Both the position numbers and the translations under genes were made by a program. 64,000 nt of DNA from the human T2T-CHM13v2.0 reference genome, Homo sapiens. Shown piece after piece: positions 41,101 to 54,700 of the stretch. The notes under the pieces were generated by a model. The model was not told the origin of the DNA. It was given only the letters and a program-made list of their open reading frames with translations, and did not search any database. Where the stretch lies: the NCBI RefSeq assembly GCF_009914755.1, contig NC_060933.1; one strand, written 5' to 3'. Numbering within the stretch: the first letter of the stretch is position 1; every line of letters starts with the position of its first letter.

Positions 41101-44100
41101 TCCATTGCATTTCATTCCATTCCATTCCATTCCATTCCATTACGGAAGATTCCATTCCATTGCATTCCATTCCATTCCATTCCCCTGCACTCGCGTTGAT
41201 TCCATTCCATTCCATTCCATTCCATTCCGTTCCGTTCCATTCCATTCCATTCCATTCCATTCCATTCCGTTCCGTTCCATTCCATTCCATTCCATTCTAT
41301 TCGGGTTAATTCCATTCCATTCCATTCGATTGCAATCGAGTTGATTCCATTCCATTCCATTCCATTCCATTCCATTCCATTCCATTCCATTCCTTTCCAT
41401 TCCATTATGGATGATTCCATTCCATTGCATTCCATTGCATTCCATTCCCCTGTACTCGGGTTGATTCCATTCCATTCCATTCCAATCCATGCCATTCCAC
41501 TCGTGTTGATTCCATTCTTTCCATTCCATTCAAGTTGAATCCATTCCATTGCATTCCATTCCATTCGATTCCATTCGATTGCACTCGGTTTGATTCCATT
41601 CCATTGCATTCCATTCCATTCCATTCCATTCCATTCCATTCCGTTCCATTCCATTCCATTACATTCGGATTGATTCTATTCAATTCCCTTACACTCCATT
41701 ACATTCCATTCCATTCGGGTAGTTTCCATTACATTCCATTCCATTCCTCTCCATTCCATTGCACTCGGGTTGATTCCATTCCATTGCATTCCATCCCATT
41801 CCATTCAATTCCATTCCGTTCCATTCCATTCCATTACATTCGGATTGATTCTATTCAACTCCCTTACTCTCCATTCCATTCCATTCCATTCGGGTTGTTC
41901 CATTCCATTCCATTCCACTCCATTCCATTGCACTCAGGTTTATTCCATTCCATTCCATTCCATTCAATTCCATTCCATTCCATTCCGGAAGATCCCATTC
42001 CATTGCATTCCATTCCATTCCATTCTATTCGGGTTAATTCCATTCCATTCCATTCGATTGCAATCGAGTTGATTCCATTCAATTCCATTCCATTCCATTC
42101 CATTCCTTTCCATTCCATTACGGATGATTCCATTCCATTGCATTCCATTCCATTCCATTCCCCTATACTCGGGTTGATTCCATTCCATTCCATTCCAATC
42201 CATGCAATTCCACTCGTGTTGATTCCATTCTTTCCATTCCATTCAAGTTGAATCCATTCCATTGCATTCCATTCCATTCCATTCCCCTGCAGTCGGGTGG
42301 ATTCCATTCCATTCCATTCCATTCCATTCCATTCCGTTCCGTTCCGTTCCGTTCCGTTCCATTCCATTCCATTCCATTCTATTCGGGTTAATTCCATTCC
42401 ATTCCATTCCATTCCATTCCATTCCAATCGAGTTTATTCCATTCCATTCCATTCCATTCCATTCCACTCCATTCCAGTCCTTTCCATTCCATTCCACTCG
42501 AGTTGATTCCAATGTATTCCTTTCCATTCCATTCCATTCCATTGCAATCGAGTTGATTCCATTGCTTTGCATTCCATTCCATTCCATTCCATTCCATTCC
42601 GGATGATTCCATTCCATTGCATTTCATTCCATTCCATTCCCCTGCAGTCGGGTTGATTCCATTCCATTCCACTCCATTCCGTTCCATTCCATTCCATTCT
42701 ATTGTATTCGGGTTAATTCCATTCCATTACATTCCATTGCATTCCATTCCATTCCATTCCATTCCATTCCATTCCATTACAATCGAGTTGATTCCATTCC
42801 ATTCCATTCCATTCCATTCCAGTCCTTTCCATTCCATTCCACTCGGGTTGATTCCATTCTATTAGTTTCCATTCCATTCCATTCCCTTCCATTCCACTCT
42901 GGTTGATTCCATTCCTTTCCATTCCAGTCGAATACATTCCCTCCTATTCCACTCGGAACGATTCCATTCCATTCCATTCCATTCCATTCCATTCCATTCC
43001 ATTCCATTCCATTTCGTTCCATTCCGTTCTATTCCGTACCATTCCATTCCATTCCATTCCTTTCCATTCCATACCTTTCCACTCGTGTTGATTCCATTCC
43101 TTTCCATTCCATTCGGTTTGAAGGCCTTCCATTCCATTCAATTCCATTCCATTCCATTCCATTCCATTCCATTCTATTCCATGCCATTGCAATCGAGTTG
43201 AATCCATTGCCTTTCATTCCATTCCATTCCATTCCATTCCGGAAGATTCCATTCCATTGCATTCCATTCCATTCCATTCCCCTGCACTCGCGTTGATTCC
43301 ATTCCATTCCATTCCATTCCATTCCATTCCGTTCCGTTCCATTCCGTTCCATTCCATTGCATTCCATTCCATTCCATTCCGTTCCGTTCCATTCCATTCC
43401 ATTCCATTCTATTCGGGTTAATTCCATTCCATTCCATTCGATTGCCATCGAGTTGTTTCCATTCCATTCCATTCCATTCCATTCCATTCCATTCCATTCT
43501 TTTCCATTCCATTACGGATGACTCCATTCCATTGCATTCCATTCCATTCCATTCCCCTGTACTCGGGTTGATTCCATTCCATTCCATTCCACTCCATTCG
43601 GTTCCGTTGCATTCCATTCTATTGCATTCCATCTACTCGGGTTAATTCCATTCCATTCTATTCCATTCCATTCCATTCCATTCCATTGCAATGGAGTTGA
43701 TTCCATTCCATTCCATTCCATTCCGGATGATTCCATTGCATTGCATTCCATTCCATTCCATTCCCCTGCACTCGTGTTGATTCCATTCCCTTCCATTCCA
43801 TTCCACTCCGTTCCGTTCCATTCCATTCCATTCTATTTCGGTTAATTCCATTCCATTCCATTCCATTCCATTCCATTCCATTCCATTCCATTCCATTGCA
43901 ATCGAGTTGATTCCATTCCATTCCTTTCCATTCCATTCCATTGCCTTGCATTCCACTCTGGTTGATTCCATTCCCTTCTTTCCACTCCATTACATTCCCT
44001 TCCATGATTGATTCCATTCCATTCCATTCAATTGCATTCCATTGCAATCCATTCCAATCCATTCCATTCCATTCTATTCCACTCGAGTTGACTTTATTCC

Positions 44101-45670
44101 ATTCCTTTCCATTCCATTCCATTCCTTTCCACTCGAGTTGATTCCATTCCATTCCAATCCATTGCATTCCATTCCATGCCATTCCACTCCGGTTGATTCC
44201 ATTCCTTTGCATTCCATTCCATTCCATTCCATTCCATTCCATTCCGTTGCATTCCATTCCATTACATTCGCATTGATTCTATTCAACTCCCTTACTCTTC
44301 ATTACATTCCATTCCATTCGGGTAGTTCCATTCCATTCCATTCCATTCCACTCCATTCCATTGCACTCGGGTTGATTCTATTCCATTCCATTCCATTCCA
44401 TTCCATTCCGGATATTTCCATTCCATTGCATTCCGTTCCATTACATTCCCCTGCACTCTCGTTGATTCCATTCCATTCCATTCCTTTCCATTCAATTCCA
44501 TTCCATTACAATTCGTTCCATTCCATTCTATTCCATACCATTCCATTCCATTCCATACCATTCCATTCCATTCCATTCCGTTCCATTCCGTTCCATTCCA
44601 ATCCATTCCATTCTATTCGGGTTAATCCCATTCCATTGCATTCCATTCCATTCTATTCCATTCCATTGCAATCGAGTTGAATCCATTGCGTTTCATTCCA
44701 TTCCATTCCATTCCATTCCATTCCGGAAGATTCCATTCCATTGCATTCCATTCCATGCCATTCCCCTGCACTCGCTTTGATTCCATTCCATTCCATTCCA
44801 TTCCATTCCATTCCGTTCCGTTCCATTCCATTCCATTCCATTCTATTCGGGTTAATTCCATTCCATTCCATTCGATTGCAATCGTGTTGATTCCATTCCA
44901 TTCCATTCCATTCCATTCCATTCCATTCCATTCCATTCCTTTGCATTCCATTACGGATGATTCCATTCCATTGCATTCCATTCCATTCCATTCCCCTGTA
45001 CACGGGTTGATTCCATTCCATTCCATTCCAATCCATGCCCTTCCACTCGTGTTGATTCCATTCTTTCCATTCCATTCAAGTTGAATCCATTCCATTGCAT
45101 TCCATTCCATTCGATTCCATTCGATTGCACTCGGGTTGATTCCATTCTATTGCATTCCATTCCATTCCATTCCATTCCATTCCATTCCATTCCGTTCCAT
45201 TCCATTCCATTACATTCGGATTGATTCTATTCAATTCCCTTACACTCCATTACATTCCATTCCATTCGGGTAGTTTCCATTCCATTCCATTCCATTCCTC
45301 TCCATTCCATTGCACTCGGGTTGATTGCATTCCATTGCATTCCATTCCATTCCATTCAATTCCATTCCGTTCCATTCCATTCCATTACGTTCGGATTGAC
45401 TCTATTCAACTCCCTTACTCTCCAATCCATTCCATTCTATTCGGCTTGTTCCATTCCATTCCATTCCATTCCACTCCATTCCATTGCACTCGGGTTTATT
45501 CCATTCCATTCCATTCCATTCCATTCCATTCCATTCCATTCCATTCCATTCCGGAAGATTCCATTCCATTGCATTCCATTCCATTCCATTCCCCTGCACT
45601 CGCGTTGATTCCATTCCATTCCATTCCATTCCATTCCTTTCCGTTCCATTCCATTCCATTCCATTCCATT

Positions 45671-45710
45671 CCGTTCCGTTCCGTTCCGTTCCGTTCCGTT
45701 CCGTTCCGTT
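45671..45710 (+). repeat. (CCGTT)8 variant-pentamer microarray
   Basis: Eight consecutive CCGTT units are read directly. A 7-unit run lies at 12487-12521. Confidence 0.9.
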
Positions 45711-48700
45711 CCATTCCATTCCATTCCATTCTATTCGGGTTAATTCCATTCCATTCCATTCGATTGCAATCGAGTTGATTCCATTCCATTCCATTCCATT
45801 CCATTCCATTCCATTCCATTCCATTCCATTCCTTTCCATTCCACTACGGATGATTCCATTCCATTGCATTCCATTCCATTCCATTCCCCTGTACTCGGCT
45901 TGATTCCATTCCATTCCATTCCAATCCATGCCATTCCACTCGTGTTGATTCCATTCTTTCCATTCCATTCAAGTTGAATCCATTCCATTGCAGTGCATTC
46001 CATTCGATTCCATTCGATTGCACTCGGGTTGATTCCATTCCATTGCATTCCATTCCATTCCATTCCATTCCATTCCATTCCGTTCCATTCCATTCCATTA
46101 CATTCGGATTGATTCTATTCAATTCCCTTACACTACATTACATTCCATTCCATTCGGGTAGTTTCCACTCCATTCCATTCCATTCCTCTCCATTCCATTG
46201 CACTCGGGTTGATTCCATTCCATTGCATTCCTTTCCATTCCATTCAATTCCATTCCGTTCCATTCCATTCCATTACATTCGGATTGATTCTATTCAACTC
46301 CCTTACTCTCCATTACATTCGATTCCATTCGGGTTGTTCCATTCCATTCCATTCCATTCCACTCCATTCCATTGCACTCGGGTTGATTCCATTCCATTCC
46401 ATTCCATTCCGGAAGATTCCATTCCATTACATTCCATTACATTCCATTCCCCTACTCTCGCGTTGATTGCATTCCATTCCATTCCATTCCATTCAATTCC
46501 ATTCCTTTCCGTTCCAGTCCATTCCATTCCATTCCGTTCCGTTCCGTTCCGTTCCATTCAATTCCATTCCATTCTATTCGGGTTAATTCCATTCCATTCC
46601 TTTCGATTGCAATCGAGTTGATTCCATTCCATTCCATTCCATTCCATTCCATTCCATTCCATTCCATTCCATTCCTTTCCATTCCATTACGGATGATTCC
46701 ATTCCATTGCATTCCATTCCATTCCATTCCCCTGTACTCGGGTTGATTCCATTCCATTCCATTCCAATCCATGCCATTCCACTCGTGTTGATTCCATTCT
46801 TTCCATTCCATTCAAGTTGAATCCATTCCATTGCATTCCATTCCATTCGATTCCATTCGATTGCACTCGGGTTGATTCCATTCCATTGCACTCCATTCCA
46901 TTCCATTTCATTCCATTCCATTCCTTTCCATTCCATTCCATTCCATTCCATTCCATTGCAATCGAGTTGATTACATTCCATTCCTTTCCATTCCATTCCA
47001 TTGCCTTGCATTCCACTCGGGTTGATTCCATTCCCTTCTTTCCACTCCATTACATTCCCTTCCATTCCACTCGGAATGATTGATTCCATTCCATTCCATT
47101 CCATTTCATTCCATTGCAATCCATTCCAATCCATTCCATTCCATTCCATTCCACTCGAGTTGATTTCATTCCATTCCTTTCCATTCCATTCCATTCCTTT
47201 CCACTCGAGTTGATTCCATTCCATTCCATTCCATTGCATTCCATTCCATGCCATTCCACTCGGGTTGATTCCATTCCATTCCATTCCATTCCATTCCATT
47301 CCATTCCATTCCATTGCATTGCATTCCATTACATTCCTTTCCCCTGCACTCGGGTTGATTCCATTCCATTCCATTCCATTTAATTCCATTCCATTCCATT
47401 CCATTCCATTCCAATCCGTTCCATTCCATTCCATTCTATTCCATTGCAATCGACTTGATTCCATTCCATTCCATTCCATTCCATTCCATTCCATTCCATT
47501 CCATTCCATTCCATTTTGTTCCAATCCATTCTATTCCGAACCATTTCATTCCATTCCATTCCATTCCATTCCATTCCATTCCATGCCATTCCACTCGGGT
47601 TGATTCCATTCCTTTCCATTCCATTCGGGTAGAATCCAATCCTCTCCATTCCATTCCATTCGAATCCATTCCATTGCACTCGGGTTGATTCCATTCCATT
47701 CCATTCCATTCGATTCCATTCCATTCCATTCCATTCCGTTCGATTCCATTTCATTACATTCAGATTGATTCTATTCAATATCCTTACACTCCATTATATT
47801 CCAATCCATTCTGGTTGTTTCCATTGCATTCCATTCCATTTCACTCCATTGCATTGCACTCGGTTTGATTCCATTCCATTCCATTCCATTCCATTCCATT
47901 CCGGATGATTCCATTCCATTGCATTCCATTCCATTCCATTCCCCTGCACTCAGGTTGATTCCATTCCATTCCATTCCACTCCATTCGGTTCCGTTCCATT
48001 CCATTCTATTGCATTCCATTCTATTCGGGTTAATTCCATTCCATTCTATTCCATTCCATTGCATTCCACTCCATTGCAAAGGAGTTGATTCCATTCCATT
48101 CCATTCCATTCCGGATGATTCCATTCCATTGCATTCCATTCCATTCCATTCCCCTGCACTCGTGTTGATTCCATTACCTTCCATTCCATTCCATTCCGTT
48201 CCATTCCATTTCATTCCATTCTATTCCGGTTAATTCCATTCCATTCCATTCCATTCCATTCCATTCCATTGCAATCGAGTTGATTCCATTCCATTCCTTT
48301 CCATTCCATTCCATTGCCTTGCATTCCAATCGGGTTGATTCCATTCCCTTCTTTCCACTCCATTACATTCCCTTACATTCCACTCGGAATGATTGATTCC
48401 ATTCCATTCCATTCCATTTCATTCCGTTGCAATCCATTCCAATCTATTCCATTCCATTCCATTCCACTCGAGTTGATTTCATTCCATTCCTTTCCATTCC
48501 ATTCCATTCCTTTCCACTCGAGTTGATTCCATTCCATTCCATTCCATTGCATTCCATTCCAAGCCATTCCACTCGGGTTGATTCCATTCCTTTGCATTCC
48601 ATTCCATTCCATTCCATTCCATTCCATTCCATTCCATTCCATTCCGTTGCATTCCATTCTATTACATTCGGATTGATTCTATTCAACTCCCTTACTCTCC

Positions 48701-51700
48701 ATTACATTCCATTCCATTCGGGTTATTCCATTCCATTCCATTCCATTCCACTCCATTCCATTGCACTCGGGTTGATTCCATTCCATTCCATTCCATTCCA
48801 TTCCATTCCGGATGATTCCATTCCATTGCATTCCGTTCCATTACATTCCCCTGCACTCGCGTTGATTCCATTCCATTCCATTCCATTCCATTCAATTCCA
48901 TTCTATTACAATTCGTTCCATTCCATTCTATTCCGTACCATTCCATTCCATTCCATACCATTCCATTCCATTCCATTCCATTCCATTCCATTCCGTTCCA
49001 TTCCGTTCCATTCCATTCCATTCCATTCTATTCGGGTTAATTCCATTCCATTCCATTCCATTCTATTCCATTCCATTGCAATCGAGTTGAATCCATTGCA
49101 TTTCATTCCATTCCATTCCTTTCCATTCCATTCCGGAAGATTCCATTCCATTGCATTCCATTCCATTCCATCTCCCTGCACTCGCGTTGATTCCATTCCA
49201 TTCCATGCCAATACATTCCATTCCATTCCATTCCGTTCCGTTCCGTTCCGTTCCATTCCATTCCATTCCATTCCATTCCATTCCATTCCGTTCCGTTCCA
49301 TTCCATTCCATTCCATTCTATTCTGGTTAATTCCATTCCATTCCATTCGATTGCAATCGTGTTGATTCCATTCCATTCCATTCCATTCCATTCCATTCCC
49401 CTGTACTCGGGTTGATTCCATTCCATTGCATTCCAATCCATGCCCTTCCACTCGTGTTGATTCCATTCTTTCCATTCCATTCAAGTTGAATCCATTCCAT
49501 TGCATTCCATTCCATTCGATTCCATTCGATTGCATACTGGTTGATTCCATTCCATTGCATTCCATTCCATTCCATTCCATTCCATTCCATTCCGTTCCTT
49601 TCCATTCCATTACATTCGGATTGATTCTATTCAATTCCCTTACACTCCATTACATTCCATTCCATTCGGGTAGTTTCCATTCCATTCCATTCCATTCCTC
49701 TCCATTCCATTGCACTCGGGTTGATTCCATTCCATTGCATTCCATTCCATTCCATTCCATTCAATTCCATTCCGTTCCATTCCATTCCATTACATTCGGA
49801 TTGATTCTATTCAACTCCCTTAGTCTCCGTTACGTTACATTCCATTCGGGTTGTTCCATTCCATTCCATTCCATTCCACTCCATTCCATTGCACTCGGGT
49901 TTATTCCATTCCATTCCATTCCATTCCATTCCTTTCCGTTCCATTCCATTCCATTCCATTCCATTCCATTCCGTTCCGTTCCGTTCCGTTCCATTCCATT
50001 CTATTCCATTCTATTCGGGTTAATTCCATTCCATTCCATTCGATTGCAATCGAGTTGATTCCATTCCATTCCATTCCATTCCATTCCATTCCATTCCATT
50101 CCTTTCCATTCCATTACGGATGATTCCATTCCATTGCATTCCATTCCATTCCATTCCCCTGTACTCGGGTTGATTCCATTCCATTCCATTCCAATCCATG
50201 CCATTCCACTCGTGTTGATTCCATTCTTTCCATTCCATTCAAGTTGAATCCATTCCATTGCATTCCATTCCGTTCCATTCCCCTGCAGTCAGGTTGATTC
50301 CATTCCATTCCATTCCATTCCATTCCATTCCATTCCATTCCGTTCCGTTCCATTCCATTCCATTCCTTTCTATTGGGGTTAATTCCATTCCATTCCATTC
50401 CATTCCATTCCATTCCATTCCAATCAATTTGATTCCATTCCATTCCATTCCATTCCATTCCATTCCATTCCACTCCTTTCCAGTCCTTTCCATTCCATTC
50501 CACTCGGGTTGATTCCAATGTATTCCTTTCCATTCCTTTCCATTCCATTGCAATCGAGTTGATTCCATTGCTTTGCATTCCAATCCATTCCATTCCGGAT
50601 CATTCCATTCCATTGCATTGCATTCCATTCCATTCCCCTGCACTCGGGTTGATTCCATTCCATTCCTCTCCATTCCGTTCCATTCCATTCCATTCCATTG
50701 TATTCGGGTTAAATCCATTCCATTCCATTCCATTCCATTCCATTCCATTACAATCGAGTTGATTCCATTCCATTCCATTCCATTCCAGTCCTTTCCATTC
50801 CATTCCACTCGGGTTGATTCCATTCTATTAGTTTCCATTCCATTCCATTCCCTTCCATTCCACTCTGGTTGCTTCCATTCCTTTCCATTCCACTCGAATA
50901 CATTCCCTCCTATTCCACTCGGAACGATTCCATTCCATTCCATTCCATTCCATTCCATTCAATTCCATTGCATTCCATTCCATTCCATTCCATTTCGTTC
51001 CATTCCATTCCATTCCGTATCATTCCATTCCATTCCATTCCATTCCATTCCATTGTACTCGGGTTGATTCCATTCCATTGCATTCCATTCCATTCCATTC
51101 CATTCCGTTGCATTCCATTCCATTACATTCGGATTGATTCTATTCAACTCCCTTACTCTCCATTACATTCCATTCCATTCGGGTTGTTCCATTCTATTCC
51201 ATTCCATTCCACTCCATTCCATTGCACTCGGGTTGATTCCATTCCATTCCATTCCATTCCATTCCACTCCGGATGATTCCATTCCATTGCATTCCGTTCC
51301 ATTACATTCCCCTGCACTCGCGTTGATTCCATTCCATTCCATTCCATTCCATGCAATTCCATTCCATTACAATTCGTTCCATTCCATTCTATTCCGTACC
51401 ATTCCATTCCATTCCATACCATTCCATTCCATTCCATTCCATTCCATTCCGTTCCATTCCGTTCCATTGCATTCCATTCCATTCTATTCGGGTTAATTCC
51501 ATTCCATTCCATTCCATTCCATTCTATTCCATTCCATTGCAATCGAGTTGAATCCATTGCATTTCATTCCATTCCATTCCATTCCATTCCATTCCGGAAG
51601 ATTCCATTCCATTGCATTCCATTCCATTCCATCTCCCTGCACTCGCGTTGATTCCATTCCATTCCATTCCATTCCATTCCATTCCATTCCATTGCCTTCC

Positions 51701-54700
51701 GTTCCGTTCCGTTCCATTCCATTCCATTCCATTCCATTCCGTTCCGTTCCATTCCATTCCATTCTATTCGGGTTAATTCCATTCCATTCCATTCGATTGC
51801 AATCGTGTTGATTCCATTCCATTCCATTCCATTCCATTCCATTCCATTCCATTCCGTTCCTTTCCATTCCATTACTTTCGGATTGATTCTATTCAATTCC
51901 CTTACACTCCATTACATTCCATTCCATTCGGGTAGTTTCCATTCCATTCCATTCCATTCCTCTCCATTCCATTGCACTCGGGTTGATTCCATTCCATTCC
52001 ATTCCATTCCATTCCATTCCGTTCCATTCCATTTCATTACATTCGGATTGATTCTATTCAACTCCCTTAGTCTCCATTCCATTCCATTCCATTCCATTGC
52101 AATCGAGTTGAATCCATTGCATTTCATTCCACTCCATACCATTCCATTCCAGAAGATTCCATTCCATTGCATTCCATTCCATTCCATTCCCCTGCACTCG
52201 CGTTGATTCCATTCCATTCCATTCCATTCCATTCCATTCCGTTCCGTTCCATTCCATTCCAGTCCATTCCATTCCGTTCCGTTCCATTCCATTCCATTCC
52301 ATTCTATTCGGGTTAATTCCATTCCATTCCATTCGATTGCAATCGAGTTGATTCCATTCCATTCCATTCCATTCCATTCCATTCCATTCCATTCCATTCC
52401 ATTCCATTCCGGAAGATTCCATTCCATTCCATTCCATTCCTTCCCATTCCATTACGGATGATTCCATTCCATTGCATTCCATTCCATTCCATTCCCCTGT
52501 ACTCGGGTTGATTCCATTCCATTCCATTCCAATAAATGCCATTCCACTCGTGTTGATTCCATTCTTTCCTTTCCATTCAAGTTGAATCCATTCCATTGCA
52601 TTCCATTCCATTCGATTCCATTCGATTGCACTCCGGTTGATTCCATTCCATTGCATTCCATTCCATTCCATTCCATTCCATTCCATTCCATTCCGTTCCT
52701 TTCCATTCCATTACATTCGGATTGATTCTATTCAATTCCCTTACACTCCATTACATTCCATTCCATTCGGGTAGTCTCTATTCCATTCCATTCCATTCCT
52801 CTCCATTCCATTGAACTCGGGTTGATTCAATTCCATTCCATTCCATTCCATTCCTCTCCATTCCATTGAACTCGGGTTGATTCCATTCCATTCCATTCCA
52901 TTCCATTCCATTCAATTCCATTCCGTTCCATTCCATCCCATTACATTCGGATTGATTCTATTCAACTCCCTTACTCTCCATTACATTCCATTCCATTCGG
53001 GTTGTTCCATTCCATTCCATTCCATTCCACTCCATTCCATTGCACTCGGGTTTATTCCATTCCATTCCATTCCATTCCATTCCATTCCATTCCATTCCAT
53101 TCCTTTCCATTCCATTACGGATGATTCCATTCCATTGCATTCCATTCCATTCCATTCCCCTGTACTCGGGTTGATTCCATTCCATTCCATTCCAATCCAT
53201 GCCATTCCACTTATGTTGATTCCATTCTTTCCATTCCATTCAAGTTGAATCCATTCCATTGCATTCCATTCCATTCGATTCCATTCTATTGCACTCGGGT
53301 TGATTCAATTCCATTCCATTCCATTCCATTCCATTCCATTCCATTCCGTTGCGTTCCATTCCATTACATTCGGATTGATTCTATTCAACTCCCTTACTCT
53401 CCATTACATTCCATTCCATTCGGGTTGTTCCATTCCATTCCATTCCATTCCACTCCATTCCATTGCACTCGGGTTGATTCCATTCCATTCCATTCCATTC
53501 CATTCCATTCCGGATGATTCCGTTCCATTGCATTCCGTTCCATTACATTCCCCTGCACTCGCGTTGATTCCTTTCCATTCCATTCCATTCCATTCAATTC
53601 CATTCCATTACAATTCGTTCCATTCCATTCTATTCCGTACCATTCCATTCCATTCCATACCATTCCATTCCATTCCATTCAATTCCATTCCGTTCCATTC
53701 CGTTCCATTCCATTCCATTCCATTCTATTCGGGTTAATTCCATTCCATTCCATTCCATTCCATTGCATTCTATTCCATTCCATTGCAATCGAGTTGAATC
53801 CATTGCATTTCATTCCATTCCATTCCATTCCATTCCATTCCGGAAGTTTCCATTCCATTGCATTCCATTCCATTCCATTCCCCTGCACTCGCGTTGATTC
53901 CATTCCATTCCATTCCATTCCATTCCATCCATTCCCTTCCGTTCCGTTCCGTTCCATTCCATTCCATTCCATTCCATTCCATTCCGTTCCGTTCCATTCC
54001 ATTCCATTCCATTCTATTCGGGTTAATTCCATTCCATTCCATTCGATTGCAATCGAGTTGATTCCATTCCATTCCATTCCATTCCATTCCATTCCATTCC
54101 ATTCCATTCCTTTCCATTCCATTACGGATGATTCCATTCCATTGCATTCCATTCCATTCCATTCCCCTGTACTCGGGTTGATTCCATTCCATTCCATTCC
54201 AATCCATGCCATTCCACTCGTGTTGATTCCAATCTTTCCATTCCATTCAAGTTGAATCCATTCCATTGCATTCCATTCCATTCGATTCCATTCGATTGCA
54301 CTCGGGTTGATTCCATTCCATTGCATTCCATTCCATTCCATTCCATTCCATTCCATTCCATTCCGTTCCATTCCATTCCATTACATTCGGATTGATTCTA
54401 TTCAATTCGTTTACACTCCATTACATTCCATTCCATTCGGGTAGTTTCCATTCCATTCCATTCCATTCCTCTCCATTCCATTGCACTCGGGTTGATTCCA
54501 TTCCATTGCATTCCATTCCATTCCATTCAATTCCATTCCGTTCCATTCCATTCCATTACATTCGGATTGATTCTATTCAACTCCCTTACTCTCCATTACA
54601 TTCGATTACATTCGGGTTGTTCCATTCCATTCCATTCCATTCCACTCCATTCCATTGCACTCGGGTTTATTCCATTCCATTCCATTCCATTCCATTCCAT

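Noticed and set aside
6600-45760. A regular ~20 kb higher-order repeat
   Set aside because: The two ~20 kb offsets differ (19.6-19.7 versus 20.3 kb) and cover only parts of the interval. Intervening segments match at other offsets.
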